Shown piece after piece: positions 50,529 through 63,935 of a stretch of 64,000 nt of DNA; within the stretch, counting starts at the first letter, position 1; every line of letters begins with the position of its first letter. The DNA lies in NCBI RefSeq assembly GCF_006345805.1, contig NC_042997.1, positions 11,532,001 to 11,596,000 on the forward strand, read 5' to 3'. This stretch comes from Octopus sinensis (taxonomy: Eukaryota). Both the position numbers and the translations under genes were made by a program. Below the pieces are notes generated by a model. It had not been told where the DNA came from. It made no database searches and saw only the letters and a list, made by a program, of their open reading frames with translations.

Positions 50529-50999
50529 AGGTACAGGTCGGTTCGAAGCTATATTAGAAGACATCTGACCAAGGTGCCGCAAAGTGGGGGATTGAACCCA
50601 AAGCCCCGTAGTCGCAAAGCGACTTATTCCTTCGAATTGTTCTACGTTTATATTGCTGTGTGTGATATTTGATTGTGATTAAGGTTCTTAGTGTAGGTCG
50701 TAAGTAGGAAGAATGGTTATTTGTTAAGCTTTGCTTTTAATCTCATCTTTTGTGATTGATGCGGGGATGAGAATTTATGAAGCTGAGTTTATAGAAGATG
50801 GGATATTATGTCTGTAATACTATTAGCGTATGTATTTGCATGTATTTGCACGTGCAGTTATGTATGGCACACTTATGTATGGAGGTGTAGACAGGCCGTG
50901 TAAGCAAAAGTTAAAAATTGCTGGGCGTTCGAGCTAAATTTGACGATTATTTATGTCTCCTTTCTTCAGGAACAGCTTAATGCAATGGCGAATAGTCAA

Positions 51000-51670
51000 C
51001 AGCGTTGCAGAGCATAAAGATTACAGTTGCAGTTCAGAAACAGTTAGCTAACATGGAGGACCGGAAGCCATCTGAATGCTTGAAAAAAGTTACCTGTATC
51101 ATGATGTATCAAAATGCCGACACCATGACTGCTGCTCAACGCTCTGTGAACACAGTAAAGAGTGTAAGATGTGACACGGGCAGCTGCAAAGGAGACTACG
51201 AAGCCGTGACCAGCATGAAGATGATGGTGTGTTGGTCTATCTCCAGTGAGGGTAACGTCATGCCGCCCCTTGTCTTTGAACAGAACTTTAGGTTCAATTC
51301 TGACGGCTATGTGAAGCTGCTGAAGATTGTGGTCAAACATTGGCTAGAGAAAGTTGTTGCTGGAAGGCCATGTGTGGCACTATGATTCAGATCCTTTTCA
51401 TACTTCTGGAAAGAGTCAGAGTTGGTTGTTGAAGAATTTCTATGATTTCAACAGCCCTCAATTTCTAGCCTCCTTATTCCTTCGATTCTAATCCCATAGA
51501 TTACTATGTGTGGAGTGCGGTCGAGAAAGCCATCAACCGTTCTACCAAGGCCAAGCTGGGGATCAAGATAATGGAGGCGCTTGAAAATCTTCCAGGGACA
51601 CTATGAGGAACGGATTTGCAAAGTTCTGGAACCGTCTTGAAGTCGTGATGGAAGTTGAGAGCGACTACTT
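51000..51670 (+). mobile_element. Decayed maT-like (DD37D) transposase fragment
   Basis: MMVCWSISSEGNVMPPLVFEQNFRFNSDGYVKLL..VVKHWLEKVVAGRP, then after frameshifts DSDPFHTSGKSQSWL...NPIDYYVWSAVEK. D-to-D spacing is consistent with 37. Confidence 0.8.
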
Positions 51671-51980
51671 ATCTCTTAATTCGCTAACGAGTGTTTTGTG
51701 CTGTTTCTTAAGGGAATAATATTGGATCTCGGTGAAAATTCCCAACTATGAGTAATCGATCGTTCGATTGAGTAAACTACCATTCCTATTCTATTAGCGT
51801 GTAACTGGCTGCGTATTCCAACGACACTTGTGCCTTTACTGTCATTGTCAGGTGAAATCAGCGTGATATTGTGTGACATAAATGGTCCGTCAAGTGACGG
51901 GTACAATTTATCTGTTTGGCTGCTTTATATTTCTGACTAACCAAGTCGACTTATAAGCTATGGATCAATACGAATCTACA

Positions 51981-52262
51981 GTCTCTGATTAAACGGAAAT
52001 TTGTTTAAATGCATACTAGACGGTAGTGTGTGTGGTTTGAGGGAGATTAGGCGGTTATTTCTAACGTAGCTGAGAGGTAATGTAGAGGTTCTCTCTTTTG
52101 CTCGCTTGTAAGATATTAATTTCTTATGATGTTACAGCAGAGACGATTGGAATTCATTAGTCTACGTTCTTCTGTACTTATTAGTTGTACATATGCCAAC
52201 ATAATTTCGAGACCATTATAGGTGCCGCTAGAATTACAGATTACACATACACGTATAAACTC
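51981..52262 (+). repeat. 282-bp direct repeat, copy 2
   Basis: See 49464-49745. Confidence 0.93.
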
Positions 52263-53453
52263 CATGATGCCATGCAGTGAAATCGAAACCAAGACACCGT
52301 GTATACGAAGCGAAAATCTTAATCACTCGGGCATAGTGCGCATACTTCTTATGGAAATATTCCGGATTTATTTTTATTAGAAGACGTTAAAGATATTGTT
52401 ACTGCTCATATGCGTGTTTCTTTATACGTTTTCTGTTTGAGCTTCGTAACTGCACTCAATGGTAAAGCTATTATTCGTTTCTGCACTGGTTAAATCAAAG
52501 ACGACTCCCTAATAATTTATGTTGCAGATCAAGAAAATTATTTGAATTATGGAGTTTAATTGCAGCAGAATTACTAATAAGGATATTTTATTATGTGTAA
52601 TAGTCGTTCTTATTAGTATTTCCAGGTCCATTTTAAAACTATTGTTTCGTATCATGAAACAGGTGTTTTCCCTCACAATGCATTCAAAATTGCCTTAGGA
52701 ATATCATTTTAATGATGTTTTATTATATATATTTTCTGTTTCTTTACATATTTATTTTTATCTGCTTCATTTATTATTTTTTCTATTTAAATTATATTTC
52801 ATGATCAAAGATCTACTCAAATCGTACAAACATCTGAAAAATACAAAGGCAAGATTTAATTTTTGTTTTTACCCCTTATTCTTGAGTATGAATTGCTGAT
52901 GCCAAAAATCTCACGATGCCTTCCAGCTGAAATTCTATAGATATAAGTTTGTATCTTAGATTATTTTGTTGTTGTTGTATGTTGTAATCACAAATATTTT
53001 TGTTGTTGATTTTTTTTTGCTCGTTATTGTCTAAAATCATCATTATCGGTGTTATTATTTGAAATTATTTTTATATAAATGATATGTATTTATTTTAATA
53101 TTAGCAACAAGAACAATGTCAAAAAACAAAAAAAAAAAAGCAAAAATAAAAATAAACTAATATTATTAGAATATATCAGAATAAAGGAATAAAAATCTAA
53201 GAAGCAATCATAAATGACAGCAGCAGTAGTCACAGCAGCAATCACAGCAACAAGAGCAATAAAGGGAGACAACAACAACAGTAACAACAAATTGACTTTC
53301 CACCAGCTTCGCCTAAGGATATTCTCTCTCAATCGAATTATTGTTACATTGATTTGGATAAATAACACAAACCATTTGCTAGAAAGATAAAAAAGGTATT
53401 TTTCTGTGTTTGAGTGTGTGCGTGCGTGTGCGCGTGTTTGTGTGCTTGTGTGC

Positions 53454-53454
<1 letters not shown>

Positions 53455-53524
<70 letters not shown>

Positions 53525-53621
53525 CATCCATCTATCTATCTATCTATCTATCCATCCATCCATCTATCTATCTATCTATCTATCCATCCATCTATCTATC
53601 TATCTATCTATCTATCCATCC

Positions 53622-53656
<35 letters not shown>

Positions 53657-53660
53657 CATC

Positions 53661-53691
<31 letters not shown>

Positions 53692-53715
53692 CTATCATCT
53701 ATCTATCTATCTCTA

Positions 53716-53760
<45 letters not shown>

Positions 53761-53765
53761 ATCTA

Positions 53766-53796
<31 letters not shown>

Positions 53797-53852
53797 CTAT
53801 CTATCCATCTATCTATCCTCTATCTATCTATCTATCTATCCATCCATCTATA

Positions 53853-53949
<97 letters not shown>

Positions 53950-53960
53950 GTCTATCTATT
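53455..53960. repeat. Large (ATCT)n/(ATCC)n array
   Basis: Direct reading. Confidence 0.97.
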
Positions 53961-54195
53961 CACAACGCTCTATATATGCATATACATGCAAATATTATAT
54001 ATACGCATGAGTGTCTGTGTGGGGGTTTTCTCTATTTTGCCATACGCCATGCAAAATAATAGGAAGAGCATGAAGTACATTTTATGAAAATAATTAACAT
54101 CACGAATATATATGTACAAATACATACATACACACATGTATTATAAACGTAGATTAAATATATATATGCATACATAATTACGTACATATATATGT

Positions 54196-54240
<45 letters not shown>

Positions 54241-54266
54241 TATATATATATAGATATATATATTTA

Positions 54267-54321
<55 letters not shown>

Positions 54322-54504
54322 TATATAAATATAAATATATATACCCACATACATATCCCCTTTGTATACGTGATTACTCTCTCTATCTGATTGATGCCAA
54401 CAGGAAGAGCGTGAAGTATACTTTATGAAAATAATTAGCATCACGAATATATATGTATATGTATGCATATGTATATATTATATGAATATGTATATATGTA
54501 TGTA

Positions 54505-54949
54505 TGGATGTTGTTTTGCGCTAGGTGGGAGTGGTGAACTCCCTCTTCGAAAATTTAACGACAGAGATATTGTGTCATATAGCCAGCTTGAAACGATGTT
54601 TCTTGGGGCTAAAACAACAGTAACATCGTCCCTTGCAGGAGAGCCACATTACGTTGGACCGAGGTTACCGTGGTCTTTTCCGTAGGCTTTTCTTTCCACG
54701 GATAAACCTCATCTGTTTCCCCCTTTACACTTTATATCATGACATATCTGTGATACACGATCTCTATTGATGAATTTTTCTCCCCCCCTTTTTTCTCCTT
54801 CTTTCCTCTTTCTCCTTCCCTTTTCTTTCCTTTTTACGATCCCTTTCGATCGAAAACCTACCCCCCTTTTTTTTTCCCCCCCAAAAGAAAAGCTCTACCC
54901 TGTAATTTGTCCCGTCTGTGCGCAGCCCTGTGTGGCTAATAAAGAAACA
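54505..54949 (+). mobile_element. 5'-truncated Tx1-related 3' end followed by (ATCT)n
   Basis: gttaccgtggtcttttccgtaggcttttctttccacgg aligns to 8710-8750 of the full-length element. Ends agccctgtgtggctaataaagaaaca, then atctgtctatttatctatct. Confidence 0.85.
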
Positions 54950-54960
54950 TATCTGTCTAT

Positions 54961-55126
<166 letters not shown>

Positions 55127-55607
55127 GGTACTGTAAATTTAAAGTGAATACTTGATAAGTGTAAGCACCTGTATATCCTTTGTGTTCTGTTTTTAATTTT
55201 ATTTGATATCATCATCTTCATAATCATCGTTTAGCGTCCGTTTTCCGTGCTAGCACGGGTTGGACGGATATATATATATATATATGTACGTGGTGTCAAA
55301 TATTGCATCAAACTAAATTAAATCGCGATCTGTTGGTCAAGTGGAATTTAGTAAAGAATGTACCGAACAACGGTAGCGTATCTCGAACTATTAGGTTACG
55401 AGGCAAATTTCTGAATCACACTTCCATATCTATGCCTAAGTTTCCTCGGTTTCATTTTTGCTGCTTAATGACTAAATGCTATCAAAAATGCATGAATATT
55501 ACATAATCTATTCATCTCATAATATTCCCAGAATTCAATCTGAATGATGTCCCGTTGATAGATACTACTACTCATAATTGAACTATATGCACATACGTCC
55601 CTATACA

Positions 55608-55668
<61 letters not shown>

Positions 55669-56689
55669 ATAGAATGGTGTCTACCAGAAGAAATTGAGAG
55701 CTGCGGAATAACAAAGCTGGTAGCAATGCTTACACGTGGAAAGAATTTCCACAATTTTTCAAGTATTCCACTTAAAAATATTTGTAACCGCCTCCATTTG
55801 GCTGGTGATGACCAACATTTTTAAGTGTATCGCTTGAAAATTGAGGAATGTCTTCGCACATGAAATCATAGTAGCATTATTAATTTACAAATGAAGTACA
55901 CCCGCCCCATATATATTATATATATTATATATATATATATCTTATATATATATGATAACTGAAGTGGCTAGTCGCAATATAAAAACAAAAGGGAAAACTT
56001 CAGTTGTTACTAATAGTGTCTGAGAGTGCAGAGTAGCACCTACATTGCTAGAAACAGGAGTGAAAGACCCTTATAGCCACAAAAAGCACGTTGTCTATAC
56101 ACTGACAAGGGAGATAATCACCCAATAACGTGCGAAGTTACTATACTAGTAAGCTGATTTCGCTTGAAATTAAAGCTCATCAGTAGTGGTCACACATCCT
56201 ACTTGGCAGTATACAGTATATACCATACGAATTAATGGATGGTTCAGCAAAAAATCTTAATGTGAAAATGATAAAATAACGAAGGTGTTTAGATTTAAGA
56301 CGTATGGTAAATACTATATATTGACAGGTAGGATTTAGTATAACCATCAGCGATGGAGTGATCACTTGATGAGATTTAATTCCAAGGGAAACTAACTTGA
56401 TTGTATAGTGACCTTGTTTGCTGTGGGGCGGCTATCTGCCTTGTCAGTACATAGACAATGTGTTTTTTGTAGCTATAAAAAAAAAAAAAATGAAACGAAC
56501 TACTGAGTTTGGTTTAATGGCCTACCAATGTATACTATGAGTTTCTTTGCCCTAGGAGTCGGGAAGACACTCGGCAAGAAAAGGAAGCAAATTTGAAAAA
56601 GAAGAAAAAAAAATAATAACAACAACAACAACAACAACAACATCGAAAAATACCTTAGGAATGAGAACCCAGGTTCGAAATTTCCCCAA

Positions 56690-56735
56690 GACACTTGATG
56701 AAGTCTGGAGGGTACATCAGCCGAAACGGTGTGTT
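56690..56735 (+). ncRNA. Degenerate minimal hammerhead (SINE-tail family, copy 3; module 56615-56815)
   Basis: gacac TTGATGA a gtctg gagggtacat cagcc GAA ACGG T gtgtt: C3>U, a stem II mismatch, U16.1>G. Confidence 0.55.
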
Positions 56736-56884
56736 AACAACAAATAAGATGAGGACAAATATCCGTCAATTGTAAATAATGTACATAATTCCTCATCTCT
56801 TAAATATAGAACTGTATTTATTTCTTTGTAACAAATTCCCGAATTAACTAATTAGGATTTATTAATCAGATTTTACTTTAAATA

Positions 56885-57075
56885 ATCCTGTCTACTTTTG
56901 GCACAAGGCCTGACATTTTGGGCCAGGGGACTTGTCAATTACATCGATCCCGGTAATTGAGCGTTTTATTTCATCGTCTCCGAAATGATGAAAGGCAAAG
57001 TCGACCTCGGTAGTATTTGAATTCAGGACATAAATATGGACAAAATGCTTAGTATGTTAACGATTCTGTGACCTT
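56885..57075 (-). mobile_element. Degenerate SINE family C with ordinary tail
   Basis: ttttggcacaaggcctgacattttg...gatgaaaggcaaagtcgacctcgg. Confidence 0.7.
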
Positions 57076-57479
57076 GGTGAAAAATTTATTTCATGCTATT
57101 GAATGTAATGATTATAAGGGAGATTACGCAGGACAAACGAAACTTACCCTGTGAACTAGACTCACCATCCATAGACAAGAAATACGCGGTTCTAATACTA
57201 GAAAAATTCTTCTAAGTGAACATTAAGAAGATTGTGCTGGCTTTTAAATGTAAACATTAAGCATTACAAGCAGCACTTTGTAGTATAAGAGGTTCAGTCA
57301 CAGGATTCGATTGTTGGACGAAAGCGTTACGGATTTCATTACAGAGCATATTCATATCATATTCCGTTTTGTCAATTCAGGTATAATAAATGTTAAATAT
57401 TAGTAGAATGATCCAACATGCTAACACTGACTGACGAAATTAGTTTGTGATGTTTTGCAAACAACTTGCACATGCAAGT

Positions 57480-57930
57480 GCCATCAGATCAAAGCTCCGC
57501 AAACCCGAAGCCATACAGGAGAGAATGCATGCCATTTTGGGGCCTACCTCTTGACGGCATCATTGCGCACCGGCCCCCCCACTGATACGAGACCCTGCTT
57601 GCTATATCAACCGGTTATCAAATAAAGCTCAATATTCTTCTAGCCAGCGCTCATCGACTCTTTTTAACTAAATCCAGTGACTAGCCTTTTCTACTGCTGT
57701 TTGGATATCGTTCATGGTGGTATTTACTTTACGATTAGTTTGGCTTAAGGATAACAACAGTCGCCTCACACAGTGTCCAACGAATCCTCTACATCCGGCT
57801 TCGATTGAAAAATGCTCCGCTTTCCAGCCTGCATCTTCACATTCCTCGAGGAGGTTTATATAAGGTTTCGAGTCGGAGCTCCGTCCATGTTATTTTCATG
57901 ATGTAACGTTAAACTCGACTAGATTCACCT
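57480..57930 (-). mobile_element. 3' fragment of a HERO-like RLE non-LTR retrotransposon
   Basis: Minus frame YINLLEECEDAGWKAEHFSIEAGCRGFVG...AVEKASHWI*LKRVDERW matches the RLE C-terminal pattern (C..GW....P.EVGCRGF.G ... E..S.W.W..R...W). Confidence 0.72.
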
Positions 57931-58094
57931 CTTTCTTTCTGTAAAATTCGGCATTGGAGATAAAAGACCAATGTTATATGACAAAAGTATATAACACCAT
58001 AAACTGAGTGTGAACGAGAAGCACTGAACATCCACATAAAAGGTAAAATTTCCTGATAATAGTATAGTCCTTGCAGTTGTATGATATGATCTGT

Positions 58095-58482
58095 GGAGGC
58101 GCAATGGCCCAGTGGTTAGGGCAGCGGACTCGCGGTCGTAGGATCGCGGTTTCGATTCCCAGACCGGGCGTTGTGAGTGTTTATTGAGCGAAAACACCTA
58201 AAGCTCCACGAGGCTCCGGCAGGGATGGTGGTGATCCCTGCTGTACTCTTTCACCACAACTTTCTCTCACTCTTACTTCCTGTTTCTGTTGTACCTGTAT
58301 TTCAAAGGGCCGACCTTGTCACTCTCTGTGTCACGCTGAATATCCCTGAGAACTACGTTAACGGTACACGTGTCTGTGGAGTGCTCACCACTTACACGTT
58401 AATTTCACGAGCAGGCTGTTCTGTTGATCGGATCAACCGGAACCCTCGTCATCGTAACCGACGGAGTGCTTCCAAAAAAAAA
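58095..58482 (+). mobile_element. Full-length SINE family B, head 1 + tail A, with poly(A) and 11-bp TSD
   Basis: TSD atatgatctgt at 58084-58094 and 58483-58493; A10 tail. Confidence 0.93.
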
Positions 58483-59281
58483 ATATGATCTGTTAGTAAC
58501 TTGTTAAAATCTAAATAATTCATAATCTGCATCCAGAACCAAAGACTGTTTAAAGTCTGAAGTCGTAATGAGGCAGAGACGTACTCTAGACTTTATATAC
58601 TCTCTTACTTGGGTCCCGCCTTACAAGATTTATTCTATGATATCGATCGCAGTATTTATTTGCTAGTACTTATAATATCTATCTCTATTCACCGAATCAT
58701 TAAACATGGACACACACATACACACATTCTGTAAATAATGGTAATATTCTTTAAAAGTTAAAGCTTATAAGCGATCACCGTGTATTTACAGAATTATAAA
58801 TTTCGGCACCGCTAATCAAATCATCAAAGAAAATGCACATGCTAGTTTTTTTGATAAAAAACAACTATAAAATTATAGTTCTTAATCTGACGGGCAGGAG
58901 CAGGTGTGTACGTTGGTGTAAATGGTAGGTCACTTGACGCGAAAGCATAGAGGTTTGGCTTGAGTCCCACACGTAGGGAAAACCCACTTTTTTCCATTGA
59001 GAGGCTTATATGCCCCAATATTAGACTATTTTCTTTAGTCAATACATTGTAATCGGTTATAAGTTTTAAGTTTATAAAAAATATTATTATTATATATAGA
59101 ATTGTAAAATTCGACATCTCTTATGAAATCATCGCATATATATATACATAGCTTACCTACCGAAATATTTACCTATCTAGAAATGTCTTGTACTATAGCC
59201 CTAGATTACTACATGTCTTCTGAGTGAAATATTTGGTTGACAGAAAAGAAATATTTTGGGTTTTTATATATGTATATAAAT

Positions 59282-59380
59282 TTCAAAATATTCCCTTTTT
59301 ACAAATTAAAAGACAAAATTGATCAACTAGGAAGAGCTAAAGAAATATTCTTTATAAGAATTTTAAATCCGAAACTAAAC
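59282..59380 (+). mobile_element. C-terminal fragment of a Penelope-type GIY-YIG endonuclease
   Basis: FKIFPFYK...RAKEIFFIRILNPKLN fits the terminal R..E..FI....P.LN motif of PLE GIY-YIG domains. The N-terminal GIY/YIG motifs are not seen. Confidence 0.55.
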
Positions 59381-59524
59381 CAGAAATATTTAACTTCATT
59401 ACTAAAAACAACTTCCTCAACACGCATTGACCCAGAACACGCGTGTTTGAGAAGTTAAAGTAAGGAACACATTTACACAATAATAGGCTCTACATGAAAA
59501 TTTCTTTCTCAAAGGTTTGTAAGA

Positions 59525-59603
59525 TTCTGTTAGTCCCACTACGTGAACCCAGAACCATGTGGTTGGTAAGCAAGCTACTTACCACACAGCCACTCCTGCG
59601 CCT
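59525..59603 (-). mobile_element. 5' fragment of SINE family A
   Basis: ccatgtggttggtaagcaagctacttaccacacagccactcctgcgcct. Confidence 0.85.
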
Positions 59604-59889
59604 AGAAGATATTTGGCTAAGATACCATGCATTGTGACAGAACAAGGTACCACGTAGTTGTGAAACGAAATTTTTAACATTTATATGCTTATACGTTTAT
59701 GCCTATCACCGATTAATATGCACAGCATATTTGGTCACATAATACTGTGACAGAAACTTCTACTCTGTATAGAATCTAACAAGAGGAAATCACACACTCT
59801 TCTATAATAGGTAATTCCTTAACAAAGTATGCTACAGCAGTTGTGTTTAAATCCAGCTAATAGAAATGACGCTCGTTTCTTATATTAAT

Positions 59890-60100
59890 GGTTTAAAATT
59901 TTGTCACAAGGGCAGCCCTTTTAAGAGAGGGGATGAGTCGATTGCATCAACCTCAGTGTTCAACTGGTACTTGTTTTATCGACCCAGAAAGGATGAAATG
60001 CAAAATCAACCTCGGCGGAATTTGAACTCAGAACGTAGCGGCGGGCGAATACGGCTAAGCATAGCGTCCAGCGTGCTAACGATTCTACCAGCTCGCCGCC
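59890..60100 (-). mobile_element. SINE family C with ordinary tail
   Basis: ggcggcgagctggtagaatcgttagcacgc...cccttgtgacaaaattttaaacc. Confidence 0.82.
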
Positions 60101-60432
60101 ATCTTTTCGGCCTAAATTAATATTTATGATATCTGACAGAATTCAATAATTTATTTTTATTGATCCCTAGGACTCGTAAGACAGGTTACCCGATTTCCGT
60201 GGCGTATACGGAATTTGTAATAGTCAGGCTTACCGTACGAAAAATCTGTTGAGTCACTAAATTATATATATTTCAAACTAGAACTTGAAAACTAGATGTG
60301 GACTTAGCTCCAGAAAAATTTTCTCACATGCTATGGCTTCGCCTCATACACATCATATACATACACTCACACATGCATATATGCATATACATAAATACGT
60401 GTATACACACGTACATAGGCGTGTATGTGCAA

Positions 60433-60466
<34 letters not shown>

Positions 60467-60474
60467 GTATGTAT

Positions 60475-60535
<61 letters not shown>

Positions 60536-61233
60536 CCATCCATCCATACATACATACATACATCATACATACATACATACATACATACATACATACATAC
60601 ATACATACAGACAGACAGACAGACATGTATATGTATTTCGTGTTATGCTTAGAAGCGATGCACATTACCAGAATTTCCGACTCGGAGTGGTTTGTTCTAC
60701 ATATAGAATTATATACACATGTATATGCATATATATATATGCATGCGTATGATATGTATCATATATGTGCTTATATCTATTATATGTATGTGTATGCGTA
60801 TATAAGCGTGTGAGTGGGTGCGTGTTTTTCAGTTTTAGTTTAATAAAATAGAAATAAGGATAAGAAATAGCAAGAAGATATGAATCTAAAGAGGTTCGCC
60901 ACAAGGCTGACTTAAGTATTTATGTGTCGTGTTTGCATGCGCGCGTGTACGTATGTGCATATATATATATCTGCTCACATATATACACATAGGCTGTGTG
61001 TGTGTGTGTGTGGGCATGTGTGCATTTCATAAAGTTTTATTTGAACAGAAAACGTCTTTATTGACTAAGAACAGATGGATATCTTGGAGGAATTTTGTCA
61101 ATATTCCGTTTTTCTGGAGGTTTTCATTTTCCACTCATCACGGTTCGCTCAGCAGGTTTCTTTAAATACTTCAAGATTTGCATGATGATTTTTTTTTATA
61201 TTGTTAATAATAATAATAATAATAATAATAATG

Positions 61234-61264
<31 letters not shown>

Positions 61265-61376
61265 TAATAATAAAAAAAATAGTAATAATAACAATAATAA
61301 TGGTAATAATAGTATTAAAATTATTATTTTTAAGAAATACTACAACGCACATTCGTACGTATTGACAGGTTCCTTT

Positions 61377-61417
<41 letters not shown>

Positions 61418-61587
61418 ACTTAATGTTTTTGCACGTCATTCTTCTTTTTATACAAATTCTTGCCGTTTTTCTTTTACTCCTTATTCCGAAATACCATCTC
61501 TCACGACCTCTCTCTCTCTCTCAACTCTCTTCTCTCACTATCTCCTATCATTTTCCATTTGCTTCTATTACTCTGTTTATATTGGTG

Positions 61588-61626
<39 letters not shown>

Positions 61627-61739
61627 TCATCTTTAGCGTATCTTTTGTTTATTTTGTTTGTTTTCATTTCTTTATAAAAGGCGTATTTTTTCTTTCATCT
61701 GAATTTTGAAAATATTTTAAAGTAATAATGCAACAAATA

Positions 61740-62067
<328 letters not shown>

Positions 62068-62214
62068 TATTCCTGTGCATAACTTTTTCTTGTGATGCAT
62101 GTTCCATTTAGATTCTATCCTCTTTCCTGTATTCCTCTCTTTCCGTTTCTACACAGAGCTTCTGTGTGCGTTCGTGTATGCATTCTGATGTGTATGTGCA
62201 AACAGAGGAAATAT

Positions 62215-62970
62215 ATATGTTTTATTAAGAAGTTCGCTACACAACCGTGAAAATCATGTGTTCTCGGGTTCAGTACCACTGCACGGTACACGGTATTTTT
62301 GTATAGCCTCGGGTTGACCAATAACTTGTGAATGAAATTTGGTGGACAGTCTATGCAGAAGCTCGTGAATATATATAGGCCTTTATATATAGGCTCAAGA
62401 GTGGCTGTGTGGTAAGAAGCTTGCTTCTCAACCACATGATTCCGGGTTCAGTCCCACTGCGTGGCACTTTGGTCAAGTGTCTTTTACTATAGCTTCGGGC
62501 CGAATAAAGCCTTGTGGGTGGATTTGGAAGACGGAAACTGAAAGAAGACCGTCGTATAAGTATATATATAATCAATGATTGAACAGACAGAACACAACAA
62601 GGAGAAAAAGTTAGACGAACGCAGGGCAAACAGGAAACAGGACGAAAACTTAACAGACGGGGAATATAGACAAGGACACGATACACGGAGTATTCGCTAC
62701 TGAATTTTTCTTGTCGGTCAATAATCCAAATATCATCATGATTTCGCACCATTATCATTGAGATCACTCAATCTTGGCGGTGCCAGTACTGTTATGAAGT
62801 TACTGGGAAAAATGTTGAAGTGTTTACGTCTACGTAACTTAGCTGCTGAGCAAAAGATACCGATATAGTAAGTACTAGGCTTACAAAGTATAAGTCCTGG
62901 GGTCGATTTGTTCGACTAAAAGTGGTGATCCAGCATGGCCGCAGTAAAATGCCTGAAACAAGTAAAAAAC
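62215..62970 (+). mobile_element. Two family A SINE heads (62215-62370, 62392-62555) and a 3' half (62810-62970) separated by an unrelated ~250-bp insert
   Basis: Homology to 40612-41040; the insert replaces the internal microsatellite. Confidence 0.75.
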
Positions 62971-63310
62971 AAAAGAAATATATATAACCTATTTCTCCGT
63001 AGACTGAAAATACAATAATGAACGACCGTAATCGATTTTCGAATGTTAATGGATTCTCATGAGTGACGTCTACATCCATGAGACCAATCACGGAGAAAAA
63101 AGCTTCCAATTTGTTTATATACTCATTAATTTCAGAAGCTACAAGAAACTGGGGCTGCTAATTTGCATACGGTAAATGTTAACACTTTATATAATACCAG
63201 GGGCCTTTCAACGGAGAGCTCAGTCTACACTGTATTGAAATAATATATATGACCTAATAGTTGATTTATATACACGGCTAATATATATATACATACATGA
63301 TACATACATC

Positions 63311-63356
<46 letters not shown>

Positions 63357-63367
63357 TATATATATAT

Positions 63368-63412
<45 letters not shown>

Positions 63413-63568
63413 ACTTATAAACAAGGACAAAAGAAAATTATTTCTATGCCAATATGCTGATAACAGACTTTTAAATCGTCAATTTCCACATATTATATAC
63501 TAACTATAGAAATACGTTGTACTGAAATCGGGAAGCTAGTCAACAGAATTTTTTTAAAACGTTCGTTA

Positions 63569-63627
63569 TTTCTATATTGAATCAATTTCGGAATTAATCT
63601 CATAGATTTTTTCCTCTTCAGTAGAAA
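63569..63627 (-). ncRNA. Complete canonical type I hammerhead ribozyme
   Basis: Minus strand TTTCTA CTGAAGA GGAA aa AATCT atg AGATT aa TTCC GAA ATTG att CAAT A TAGAAA: 6-bp helix I, G10.1-C11.1 helix II, 4-bp helix III, AUA triplet, all core nucleotides present. Confidence 0.85.
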
Positions 63628-63935
63628 ATACGAATAGAAATAAATGAAATACATGCGCCCATGGTAAAAAACCGAAGCAAAAGTCATGTGTACATATAAG
63701 TACCCCAGTTATATCTAAATATAAAATCCTTTGGCTAGCCTCAGTACACGTGTGAACTGTTCTCCACCACAGCTTATAATGGTTACCAGTCCCTATAGTG
63801 AATAGTAATAAATTTACTACTAATATAGGATGAAGTTTTTTACAGAAAAAAATTCATCAAAAAGTGGCAGCATATTAAAATACCTTTAAAGGTTAAAATT
63901 ATAAACAACTTATAAACTTATAACCTTAATACTTA

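Noticed and set aside
49464-52262. 282-bp direct repeats as LTRs of a retrotransposon
   Set aside because: No TG/CA termini, PBS, PPT, TSD or gag/pol between them.
58095-58170. tRNA genes at SINE heads (also 15264, 31214, 33723)
   Set aside because: A and B boxes are present, but the acceptor stem is not completed and the sequence continues into SINE bodies with TSDs.
58885-58970. CTGACGG...GCGAAAGC hammerhead-like string
   Set aside because: A9 is missing and helix I cannot be paired.
61100-61145. Minus-strand GTGATGAG TGGA..TCCA GAAA
   Set aside because: C3 is replaced and there is no helix III or NUH.
62720-62790. Minus-strand GCACC...GGTGC GAAATCATGAT stem next to a palindromic helix III
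   Set aside because: There is no CUGANGA upstream and the would-be cleavage nucleotide is G.
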